From the NCBI GenBank assembly GCA_049512075.1, contig JBEKXL010000004.1:64001-128000 (forward strand): a stretch of 64,000 nt of DNA. Reading direction: 5' to 3'. The position numbers and the translations under genes were made by a program. Numbering within the stretch: the stretch's first letter is position 1; the number at the start of each line of letters is the position of its first letter. The DNA is from Candidatus Bathyarchaeia archaeon. GTDB taxonomy: Archaea; Thermoproteota; Bathyarchaeia; Bathyarchaeales; Bathycorpusculaceae. Positions 55,464-64,000 of this stretch are shown in pieces. Below the pieces are notes generated by a model. It searched no databases. It was not told the origin of the DNA and saw nothing but the letters and a program-made list of their open reading frames with translations.

Positions 55464-56642
55464 CTAACCTCCTAACTCATTGACTATCTTTTTTAGATCT
55501 TGCAGGAATTCGTCAATATGCTTTTCTTGAACATGAGGCATGATGACGATGCAAATGTGACGTGGAAAGAGTGATATCGCCCATTTTCTGAGCCTAAGCT
55601 CTTCAGCTATTCTGCGAATGTCAAACGCGTCGGATTTTAGTCCAACAACGTTCATCGTTGGTTCTGTTGCCACACTTAAACCCCTAATCTTAGGGATTTC
55701 TTCTGCGAGTTTGAGCGTTAGGCGCATGCACTTTCTCACGATTTTTCTGTAGCCTTCGCGTCCCAGATGCTTCATCACGGCCCAGACCGCGATGGCTGAA
55801 GCGCCAGAACGTGTTCCCACCAGCGTGGCTTGTTCGGTTTCTCCGCCTGACAGATACGAAATGCCCCTTGACACCGCCTTTCTGAAGTTTTCGTTGCGGA
55901 ACACTATCCCGCCGGCTGGGATGGGAGCCAAGCCCATCTTGTGCGGATCAACCGTGATAGAACAGACTTTGGGAACTGCAAAGTCAAAGTTGGGAGTCTT
56001 GTATCCCAGGTCTTTCAGGAAGGGGAGCACGAATCCTCCGAAGGCGGCATCTACATGAAAATACAGGTCTTTTTCCAAGGCGAGTTCGGACAGGTCGTCT
56101 ATAGGGTCGACTACACCCAATGCCGTTGTTCCTGCCATGCCCACGACCGCAATAGTCTTCGGATTCACCGCTTTCTTAACAGATCCTACATCGACTTGAA
56201 ACCTGTCATTCAACCTTGCCTTGATGATTTTCAAGCCTAGCAAATCTGCGGCCTTGTCGAAGGAGCAGTGGGCAGAACGGGGCACTATCACTTCTGGGTT
56301 GGTTTTCTTGGCAAGTGCCCTAGCAGCCCACAGGGCAAGAACGTTTGCTTCTGTTCCACCCGTGACAATGTGCCCCGAGGCTTCTGTGTTCGAAAGAACG
56401 GTGCCGAGCATCTTCAGCGTTTCTCTCTCTATTTCAGCCACAGCCGGGAAGAGCCCTGAGTCGCCAAGGTTCTTTTCGAGAAAACGGGCGAACACTTTTC
56501 TAGCTAGCGGATGTGGGCTGGTGCACATGGATCCCACGATTCTTCCAGAATTGTACGTGAAGTCTCTTCGAAGCCTCGATTCAAGCTCCTCGCGAAGTGT
56601 TTTTTCAGGCACCCCTTTGACCTGCATTTTCACGGCTCCCAT
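55464..56642 (-). CDS. mfnA: PLP-dependent aspartate/tyrosine decarboxylase
   Basis: GSMCT.PH, NLGD.GLF, GGTEAN, HVDAAFGG, DPHK; CoA-operon context suggests beta-alanine synthesis. Confidence 0.9.
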   Translation of the reverse strand: MGAVKMQVKGVPEKTLREELESRLRRDFTYNSGRIVGSMCTSPHPLARKVFARFLEKNLGDSGLFPAVAEIERETLKMLGTVLSNTEASGHIVTGGTEANVLALWAARALAKKTNPEVIVPRSAHCSFDKAADLLGLKIIKARLNDRFQVDVGSVKKAVNPKTIAVVGMAGTTALGVVDPIDDLSELALEKDLYFHVDAAFGGFVLPFLKDLGYKTPNFDFAVPKVCSITVDPHKMGLAPIPAGGIVFRNENFRKAVSRGISYLSGGETEQATLVGTRSGASAIAVWAVMKHLGREGYRKIVRKCMRLTLKLAEEIPKIRGLSVATEPTMNVVGLKSDAFDIRRIAEELRLRKWAISLFPRHICIVIMPHVQEKHIDEFLQDLKKIVNELGG

Positions 56643-56647
56643 GCGAT

Positions 56648-57418
56648 CTAATGGTAGGTATGCTCATCGTCCGGGTACTTGCCCGTGGAGACTTCCTCAA
56701 TGAACTTGGCCACGGCGTCCTTTATCGTCTTGTTCAAGTTCGCGTACGTCTTTACATATTTTGGTTTGAAGTTCTCATCAAAACCAAGCATGTCATTTAT
56801 GACAAGAACCTGCCCATCGCAGTGTTTGCCGGCACCGATGCCTATCGTTGGCACTTTTACGGAGTTGGTTATTATCTTGGCTAAACTTTCAGGAATGCAT
56901 TCTAGTACTATGGAAAACACGCCGAGCCCGTCTAGCTCTAGGGCATCTTGCAGAATCTCTTGGGCTTCCTCAGGCTTTTTCCCCTTCACATGATAAGTTT
57001 CAGCCATCTGAGGAAGCATTCCCACGTGACCCATCACGGGGATTCCCGCTTTTATCAAGGCTTTTATGGCGTCTGTTTTCTTTCCTTCGATTTTTACCCC
57101 GTTTGCTCCTGCTTCAACAAACTTTTTCGCGTTCTCAAGGCAGTCTTCCACTGTGTTGCAACTGTCTATCGGCATATCTCCGATGATCGGCGCGGATGTG
57201 GCTCTGCTTGCCACTGCCTTGATGTGGAATATCATGTCTCCCATCGTTACGCTCTTGGTATCCTTGTGGCCTTGCACGACCATGCCTGAACTGTCGCCGA
57301 CGAGTATCATGTCTATGCCAGTCTGATCCAGTATTCTTGCCATTTGAGAGTCGTAGGCTGTCAACATTATGATTTTTTCCTTGCCCTTCTTCTGCTTAAT
57401 TCTTTCCTGAAAGCTCAT
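56648..57418 (-). CDS. panB: ketopantoate hydroxymethyltransferase
   Basis: MLTAYD, LVGDS, VKIEG, GHVG..PQ, IGIGAG. Confidence 0.95.
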   Translation of the reverse strand: MSFQERIKQKKGKEKIIMLTAYDSQMARILDQTGIDMILVGDSSGMVVQGHKDTKSVTMGDMIFHIKAVASRATSAPIIGDMPIDSCNTVEDCLENAKKFVEAGANGVKIEGKKTDAIKALIKAGIPVMGHVGMLPQMAETYHVKGKKPEEAQEILQDALELDGLGVFSIVLECIPESLAKIITNSVKVPTIGIGAGKHCDGQVLVINDMLGFDENFKPKYVKTYANLNKTIKDAVAKFIEEVSTGKYPDDEHTYH

Positions 57419-58301
57419 TGTTTTCCTCCAGAAATTTTATGAAACTAACGATGGTTTCGTTGACCGGTGTTGGAATATGATGTTTTCCACCTAGCTCAAT
57501 TATCTTTCCGTTGAGAAAGTCAATTTCCGTCCTATTCCCTTTTATTATATCTTGGCACATGGAAGAGAAATTCGTGTATCCGACAATCTCTCTATCTATT
57601 CCTTTCTCCAAATCCCCCTGAAAAGCTATCCCCTCAGCCTTTCCGACATGGACGCACTCTCTGACAATCTGATGTCTGACAGGTGCCAAGGTTTGCGTGC
57701 CGATTTCACGATTTCTAACGCGGAAAATCGCCGTCAGCGGGTTCACCACGCTGTTAACCACAACTTTGCCCCATATCCTATCTCTAATATTCCTGCAAAG
57801 ACTTGTCTTCAAGCCGCATGCATTCAGGACATCTGCGATCTCCTCTGACGCAACGTCATTCTCTATGAATGTGTCCCCTTTCCAATATTTCACTTGTCCC
57901 GCCTTGAAGAACTCCACAGCCATGGTTGTTATTCCTCTCAGAACCCTGGCTTTGCCGCTCACGGCGCGTTTGACGACCTCTTCGTTTCCGAGGCCATTCT
58001 GCAAAACCAAAACGACGGTGTCTTCCCTGAGAAGTTTGCTTATTCCTCTCATTGTACTTTCCGAGTCGTACGCCTTTGTTGTTAGGAAGATCAGCGTTTT
58101 TTGAGGTATTTCTCGAATTTGGGTGTCAGCGCGCAACTGGAAAGTTTCATTCACATCGCCCGAAACTGAAAGACCGCTTGAGTCTAAAGCTTCCACGTGT
58201 GCTCTGTTTCCGATTAGTGTTATATCATTCTTCTTGGATAGCAAAGCGCCGACGACACTTCCTATGGCGCCAGCGCCTAGAATGAAAGTCCTGTCAAACA
58301 T
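57396..58301 (-). CDS. panE: ketopantoate reductase
   Basis: GAGAIG, TKAYD, LQNGLG, SSMCQD...TEIDFLNG; start set at ATG 58301. Confidence 0.92.
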   Translation of the reverse strand: MFDRTFILGAGAIGSVVGALLSKKNDITLIGNRAHVEALDSSGLSVSGDVNETFQLRADTQIREIPQKTLIFLTTKAYDSESTMRGISKLLREDTVVLVLQNGLGNEEVVKRAVSGKARVLRGITTMAVEFFKAGQVKYWKGDTFIENDVASEEIADVLNACGLKTSLCRNIRDRIWGKVVVNSVVNPLTAIFRVRNREIGTQTLAPVRHQIVRECVHVGKAEGIAFQGDLEKGIDREIVGYTNFSSMCQDIIKGNRTEIDFLNGKIIELGGKHHIPTPVNETIVSFIKFLEENNELSGKN

Positions 58302-58305
58302 CACA

Positions 58306-59100
58306 TCACTCGCCTTCGCCTGCGGTGTGTGCACTTTGCGTCGCGAGCTTTGAGAGGTTTTCTTTTATTACAGTGATGGATGCGGCCAGGTTTTTCTTGT
58401 TGTCATATTTCCGCAATATCTCTCTACATTTTTTGGGGTCCTGTTTTTTGAGCTTTTCAGCGGTTTCTACCAGCTTGGGCGCTGATCTCGCGATGTTGTC
58501 GACTATTGTGATGGTCGCTTTTTGTGCAGTCCGCGACAGGGGGTTCAGGTCTACTGCTATTACCTTTTTTCCCATTTTGACGAGAGCTTCCGTTCTGTCA
58601 CCATCCTCCAACGGCACCATGACAACATCGGCTACTAGTATTCCCCGAGGATCAACGTGCCGCCTCTCACTGCTCAACTCTGGAATCTTTGCAGATGCCT
58701 TCTTGCCTATTCCAAACACTTCATGCGCGCCAGCTTTCTTGAGCAACTTCTCTATTGCAAGGTCCCTTTCAGGGGATCTGTAGAAAAGATTGACTTCAAT
58801 CTTCGATTCTGTAACATCAGCGAGTTTCACGACTTCTTCAGCAACCAGAGCCGCCGTGTTGCCATTGACCGAGATAACCGGATTTTCTGCCGTCAGAAGG
58901 ATGGCAGCGGTTGCCGAGATAGCTTCTAGCGCCGGTTTGCTTGTTTTTTCGCCTAGCAAGTAATCGAAAGCTTCTCCACGACCGTGCGCAATAAGGCCCG
59001 AAGCAGCCACGATTCCTTCGAGATAGCGTGCTATCAGCCTCTCTCGTAATTGCAGGGATTCTGCTCTAGGGTGATCAGGGGGGATCTTGATGTCTGTCAC
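58306..59100 (-). CDS. pps: phosphopantothenate synthetase
   Basis: HPR..SL, AHGRGEAFDYL, SVNGN, VPLEDGDR, DLNPLSRT. Confidence 0.95.
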   Translation of the reverse strand: MTDIKIPPDHPRAESLQLRERLIARYLEGIVAASGLIAHGRGEAFDYLLGEKTSKPALEAISATAAILLTAENPVISVNGNTAALVAEEVVKLADVTESKIEVNLFYRSPERDLAIEKLLKKAGAHEVFGIGKKASAKIPELSSERRHVDPRGILVADVVMVPLEDGDRTEALVKMGKKVIAVDLNPLSRTAQKATITIVDNIARSAPKLVETAEKLKKQDPKKCREILRKYDNKKNLAASITVIKENLSKLATQSAHTAGEGE

Positions 59101-60011
59101 TGAAGAAGTCGCGCTCCTTCATGATTCACTTTGCTTACGATAGTTTGACCGCTTAGGGCACTTTTGCGGAAGACCTGCAGAATCCGCTCGACCCCATTTT
59201 GGTCGGTTACAGTAAAAGCGGATTCTCCGAACATTGGCATGCTGCAGACCACGCCGGCTTTGTCCGCTGCGTCTAGGATGCCTCTCACCTTTTCAGTTAT
59301 TAGTCCAACGTGTTCGGCGAATTGCCGAGAGAGCTTCATGAAGTTTATGATGGTCGGTGCGTTGACCAGTTCCTTGACTAACTCACCGCCGAATCTGTTT
59401 ATGCGAGCGCGTGTTTCGGGGTTGGTCAAGGATTCCCTTGTGGAGAGAGGCCCGAAAACATGGCACGCCACCAAAGTGTCGTCAGGGACTGACAGACGCT
59501 TTATTTCTCCGATTCCTGGGGCTCCTGGCTTGACCCTGACCTCAAACCCGCCGAACGTTTCAGCTATGATTGTTCCAAGCCCAGTCTTGCATTCGACTTC
59601 TGCAATGTGCGCTATCTGGGCAGCCTCTAATTTTGACATTCCCAACCCGGAAGCCTCGTTCAAGGCTAGAGCCAAACTCAACGCTGCAGCCCCGCTAGTG
59701 CCGAATCCCGCGCCTATTGGAGCTTCTATATGATGTTCTACTGAGATTTCAAAAGGGGGTGTGTCGCTGAAGCGGGAAAGGAAAGCGTCGACAACACGCC
59801 CCGAGACTTGTGCGGAGTTCGCTGTGTGATTGTTGATGCTGACTTTCAAATTGTACTTGGAACCTTTTTTGACTTTGACGGTTGTCTTGGCTCCTAAATC
59901 CAGTGAAACGCCAGCGCCTTTTGACCCTGCGAGTAGGGCATCTGCTGATTGATCAAATATCTGGAAGACTCCAGTGATGTGGCAGGGTGCGAACGCCGCA
60001 GCCTCTTCCAT
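59097..60011 (-). CDS. pok: pantoate kinase (GHMP family)
   Basis: P.HITG.F, GSKGAG, PIGAGFGTSG, AH.AEV..TGLG. Confidence 0.93.
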   Translation of the reverse strand: MEEAAAFAPCHITGVFQIFDQSADALLAGSKGAGVSLDLGAKTTVKVKKGSKYNLKVSINNHTANSAQVSGRVVDAFLSRFSDTPPFEISVEHHIEAPIGAGFGTSGAAALSLALALNEASGLGMSKLEAAQIAHIAEVECKTGLGTIIAETFGGFEVRVKPGAPGIGEIKRLSVPDDTLVACHVFGPLSTRESLTNPETRARINRFGGELVKELVNAPTIINFMKLSRQFAEHVGLITEKVRGILDAADKAGVVCSMPMFGESAFTVTDQNGVERILQVFRKSALSGQTIVSKVNHEGARLLQ

Positions 60012-60268
60012 TTTCGACGCCCAGACGTCAAGTTTAATGAAAGGGCTTCAAATAAGAATTCTGTATGAACAGTTTAAACATGTTTAGATTCTCCATCGTT
60101 TTTGTCGTACCACCACATAAAATCATCATTAGCGTGCAGTGAGAAAGTCGAGTTCTGACACGAAATATTTGTGTTCCTCTGCTGTTGACGTCGTTGAGCA
60201 GCGGATGCTAAACCCTTATTTGTTACACTGGTTTCCTAACATCCCCCTAAGATGTGCGTCCGACGAGA

Positions 60269-61056
60269 ATGAGGATTCTGAATTATCGAGAGTTCGAGCG
60301 AAAGAGCGCGTTGCTCCCTTTAATGGAGCAGGCATTCGGTTGGCCATTTGACCCCATAGACTTTGATAGGACCATCAAGTTGGACCCAAGACTGAGGGAT
60401 GGCCGTATAGGATTCTGTGCCGTGGAAGAAAATAGAGCACTCGGATACGTTGACCTCATGGACTTGACGATGAGAACTGAAAATGGCAAATTGGAAAAGT
60501 TGGGGCATCTACAATGTTGCCACCTTGCCTGGACAGACGAGAAAGGGTATCTGCACCACGCTGCTAGACAGGACACATGAACATTTCTTGGAAAAGGGCA
60601 TCGTTTCTCTTTTCTCACAACAAGCCCGACAATCGTGGCTTATGCTCTGTATGAAAAACTAGGCTATTTTAGCGTGACATCGTTTCCGGGAGCGTACAAA
60701 GTGCAAGAGAAGGTGGGAAAAAAGGCGGCTTTACAACGTGAAAAAGCAAAGCTTGATGTTGACAGAATGTTGGAAATCTAAAGAAAGAGAAGAAGCAAAT
60801 CAGAATAAGTGAGCTCATTGCTCACGACCGGAAGAAAATGAATCAGCTTGTCGGGCTAGTCTGGGACAAAGCGAAGAACGTGGTCTTCGCCAGAGCAATC
60901 CTGGATCCCATGTTGCGCCGAGTCTATAGAGCACGTGGTTTCTCGGTTCTTGAAGCTGGACACGGCGTGCTCATGGTCAAGGAACTAACTGCTGAGGTCT
61001 CATACAACGAAGTGTATGGCGACAGATTCTACATGAGTGCCCTGGACCAGTTCTGA
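60269..61056 (+). pseudogene. GNAT acetyltransferase, frameshifted and probably internally deleted
   Basis: VATLPGQTRKGI and AYALYEKLGY lie in different frames from the N-terminal ORF. Confidence 0.7.
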
Positions 61057-61281
61057 CCTTTCCACTATCCAAGTTTCGCGGTGATTCTCAAACATCTGCA
61101 GAAGTGCGGGCTCAGGCTATCCATGCAGGGACTATAGGTTCTGAAGAAGCATGATACAGGACAAGGTTTCGTCTGTCAAGGTTTTCTCTGACAAATTGTC
61201 GAAAATGTTGAAGAAGAGTGGACAAGTGTTCCTTAAGCTTTTTAAAGGTCTGACAGCCCTTAGCTAAAGGGGGAGAAGAAG

Positions 61282-61644
61282 ATGGGCGATATTCCGGTTC
61301 CTCTCATAAATTACATACACCTCATAAAAGAGCGTAGGTCGCCTTACTACGACATCGTTGAGCACGTTATGAAAGAGATGGAAATGCGTTACACCACGAA
61401 GGGGCAGGGTTCGGAAGCGGTTTACACGATTAACCCAAGAGTGTTGCAGGAACAGATTGAGCAAAAAATGAGGGACGAGCGGCTGACTACGGTGAATGTT
61501 TGCCGCACTATTTTGGCTATGTTGTACGGGGCTAAGCTTGACGAAGAGAAGGATTTCTTCGTGACCACAACGAGCAGTGGACGGAGAAACTATCACATTA
61601 GGGTGAGTAACCGTACTCTGAATTCAATGTCGAAAATGTTGTGA
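61282..61644 (+). CDS. conserved hypothetical protein
   Basis: 120-aa ORF with purine-rich RBS. Confidence 0.7.
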   Translation: MGDIPVPLINYIHLIKERRSPYYDIVEHVMKEMEMRYTTKGQGSEAVYTINPRVLQEQIEQKMRDERLTTVNVCRTILAMLYGAKLDEEKDFFVTTTSSGRRNYHIRVSNRTLNSMSKML

Positions 61645-61878
61645 ACTGTTCCCTATTCGATTTGTGTCGTGAGCCAATAGGGCGAGGGATTCTCTGCTCT
61701 TTGTCCAATACTATGGCGGTCTTCGTTGCATCACTGTAACCCATTATCTTAGACTTGACTTTGTCGCTTAGGAGCTTTTTGCCTGTGACGTAACTCCCGT
61801 CGCCTGCGCTCTGTCGAGTGCTCAGCCATTTAAATACGTGGGTAATTCTCTTACAAGTCAGAATTGGTTGGGTCTTGC

Positions 61879-62568
61879 ATGTCTGAAACGTATGCATGTC
61901 GCCATCTTTTCACGCTGTTGAAGCTGGCTGAAATGGGAGCGCATCGCAGGACGGCAAAGATCTCCACGGAATATTTGGCCGGAAAGCTGGGCGCTTCTCA
62001 GCAGACGGCATCACGTTACATGATTGAGCTGGAAGGCAAAGGATGGATTGAACGGACGATAACGCCCGAAGGCTGTCTCGTAGGAATTACAGGTGCGGGA
62101 ATGAAGGAGCTGAACAAGCTCTATTCAACCCTGCGCGCGTTGATGGAAGCGGCCTATCCACCATCAATAACCCTGGAGGGCACGGTTTTCACTGGGTTCG
62201 GGGAGGGCGCCTACTACATATCGAGGGAAAGCTATAGAAAACAGTTCATCGAGAAACTGGGCTTTGATCCGTACCCGGGTACGCTTAACCTGAAACTCGT
62301 CACCGACTACGACCTCAAAGCCAGAAACGAACTGGAAGCCTACCCCGGCGTGGAAATCGAGGGCTTCAAAGACGAGGATCGCACTTTTGGCTCAGTGAAA
62401 TGCTACCCCGTGATAATGGAGAACGAAGTGAAGGGCGCTCTCATCTTGGCTCTGAGAAGCCACTACGACGCATCCGTGTTGGAGATCATCGCTCCCGTTC
62501 CCTTGAGGAAACGCCTCAAGCTAAAAGACGGACAAAAAGTGAAAGTCGAAGTGTTGACACTCCCCTGA
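61879..62568 (+). CDS. ribK: CTP-dependent riboflavin kinase with N-terminal wHTH (RbkR-type)
   Basis: SQQTASR HTH; G.GEGAYY, PYPGTLN. Confidence 0.93.
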   Translation: MSETYACRHLFTLLKLAEMGAHRRTAKISTEYLAGKLGASQQTASRYMIELEGKGWIERTITPEGCLVGITGAGMKELNKLYSTLRALMEAAYPPSITLEGTVFTGFGEGAYYISRESYRKQFIEKLGFDPYPGTLNLKLVTDYDLKARNELEAYPGVEIEGFKDEDRTFGSVKCYPVIMENEVKGALILALRSHYDASVLEIIAPVPLRKRLKLKDGQKVKVEVLTLP

Positions 62569-62602
62569 GACTCATGTTCCACATCAGTACACGCGATGTT
62601 TT

Positions 62603-63241
62603 TCAGGCATCGGTTTCAACGGCATAGCCAGCCTTGCCCCACGAATTAGGATAGTTATATTCGTTCGTGACCCGTTTGTATCGGCGGGAAGCCGCCAGTG
62701 CATAACCTATCAACAGTCCTGTCGCTAAGCCGCCGAGGTGAGCCAAGTAGTTTACGTTAGTCCCAAGGTTGATGATGAAAAAGAAGAAAGCGTATATCAA
62801 CGCGCCCATTATCGACTGTCCTATCGAGTGTCTAGCGTATATTATGGTCGCTCCTAGAACTCCGAAGATGGCGCCTGAGGCTCCGATGGAAAGGGTTTCG
62901 GGCGGCCAGAGGGCCAGTGTAAGCAGGCCTCCGGACAACCCGCTCAGAAAATAAATGAGCAAGTATTCTTTGATGTCAAACATGTCTTCTGCTCTCAACC
63001 CGAAGATCAAGAGGAAAAACATGTTGCCGAAAATGTGCAGAATGTCCGCATGGACAAAAATGGCTGTGAAGAGCCTCCAGACCTCACCATTCCACACGTT
63101 AGTGTTGATTTGTCCTAAGGCGCCAACGACGTCATCGTTCGTAGCCAAGCTCCCGCTGAGGATCGAAGTGAATGCGTAAACGGCGACGTTTGCCGCTATG
63201 AACACGTAAGTAGGCATGTACTGTCTGGAGCTTTTGGACAT
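62603..63241 (-). CDS. rhomboid intramembrane serine protease
   Basis: WRLFT, H...H...NM, GASG, AHLGG; start set at ATG 63241. Confidence 0.92.
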   Translation of the reverse strand: MSKSSRQYMPTYVFIAANVAVYAFTSILSGSLATNDDVVGALGQINTNVWNGEVWRLFTAIFVHADILHIFGNMFFLLIFGLRAEDMFDIKEYLLIYFLSGLSGGLLTLALWPPETLSIGASGAIFGVLGATIIYARHSIGQSIMGALIYAFFFFIINLGTNVNYLAHLGGLATGLLIGYALAASRRYKRVTNEYNYPNSWGKAGYAVETDA

Positions 63242-63245
63242 CCAC

Positions 63246-63719
63246 TCACCTTCTGTAGTCTTCAATGATTCTCTGTTTGATCTTCGAGGAACTGTCCAAC
63301 TCGTCTGAGCTGAACTTTCCAACCCGAACAATCTTAATCTTCAACCCGTGCTGCTTCACGTAGTCTCTAACAGTTCTCTCCATTCCCAGCTGGTCGTACC
63401 CGAAAGCAACGACGTCAGGACTGATTTTTCCAACAACCTTTGCGACGTCGAACTTCTCGTAGCCCAGAATCGCCTCGTCAACAACCTTCAACGAGGCGAC
63501 GAGAGCGCACCGTTGGTTCTCAGGCATAATGGGTTTTTCACCCTTCCTGCTCTCAACCGTGCTGTCTCGGCCGATTATGACCACTAGCTCGGCGTTCGGG
63601 CCGCCGACCTTCTTTGCTTCCTCTAGGAAGCGTACGTGTCCGAGGTGCAGCAGGTCGAACACCCCTGAAGCAAGAACTATCTTCCGCTTGGTTTTCTTTC
63701 CATTTTTGTCGTCGGCCAC
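63246..63719 (-). CDS. ribL: archaeal FAD synthase (cytidylyltransferase family)
   Basis: GVFDLLHLGH, GYDQ, SSSKIK; near ribK. Confidence 0.8.
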   Translation of the reverse strand: MADDKNGKKTKRKIVLASGVFDLLHLGHVRFLEEAKKVGGPNAELVVIIGRDSTVESRKGEKPIMPENQRCALVASLKVVDEAILGYEKFDVAKVVGKISPDVVAFGYDQLGMERTVRDYVKQHGLKIKIVRVGKFSSDELDSSSKIKQRIIEDYRR

Positions 63720-63970
63720 TCAAACCTCACGGCTCCCAACAGTCTCAGGGCGTCAAGTAGCCCCTCACAGTAGGCGATTGAAGTAAGACTCACCTCGAAT
63801 TTCTTCTTTTCCCTGTAATGTCTCGCATCCTCTAGGTAGGCTTTGGCGAAATCCATAACGTTACTGACGTGGGAGAAGTCAAGCGTTATCGGAGTTTCGG
63901 CAACCTCCATATGGTTGAACACGTGCTCTGCAGAGCTGATGTACTTTGAGGCCAGCTCGTTCAGGCTCAT
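63677..63970 (-). CDS. DUF357 family protein
   Basis: AKAYLEDA.HY, Y.EGLLDAL..LG. Confidence 0.85.
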   Translation of the reverse strand: MSLNELASKYISSAEHVFNHMEVAETPITLDFSHVSNVMDFAKAYLEDARHYREKKKFEVSLTSIAYCEGLLDALRLLGAVRFEWPTTKMERKPSGR

Positions 63971-64000
63971 TTCGAGACTGTCCCCAATCCTTCAGGTGCT

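Noticed and set aside
60269-61056. Programmed frameshifting in the GNAT gene
   Set aside because: Multiple lesions and apparently missing sequence fit decay or assembly error better.
1-64000. tRNA, rRNA or IS transposase genes
   Set aside because: None recognised by eye; a tRNAscan/Infernal run would be needed to exclude them formally.

Overview
Archaeal chromosome segment, most consistent with Bathyarchaeia by gene content and style (inference, no search run). The host backbone carries a lipoate ligase, cysS, amino-acid/acyl-CoA fermentation genes (hbd, crt, acyl-CoA dehydrogenase, CoA-transferase, iorAB, a tryptophanase/TPL-family lyase), adk, XPF, LipS1/LipS2, an ABC exporter, a seven-gene archaeal CoA operon, ribK, rhomboid and ribL. 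Two related tyrosine-integrase elements have boundaries readable from the sequence. E1 (1672-12621) sits in the last codons of cysS, flanked by a 9-bp repeat, and swaps the CysRS C-terminus. E2 (35706-53197) splits a DUF763 gene at a 6-bp repeat, and precise excision would restore the reading frame. E1 and E2 share a divergent-regulator layout, a homologous ~100-aa protein, Prim-Pol replicases followed by inverted iterons, and a near-identical non-coding promoter module. They differ in integrase, helicase and late module: E1 has a lone packaging-type ATPase, while E2 has membrane proteins, a repeat-rich surface protein, an Sm-like protein and a second recombinase beside a repeat locus. They look like two members of one poorly described family of integrative virus/plasmid-like elements. 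No rRNA, tRNA or CRISPR array was seen.
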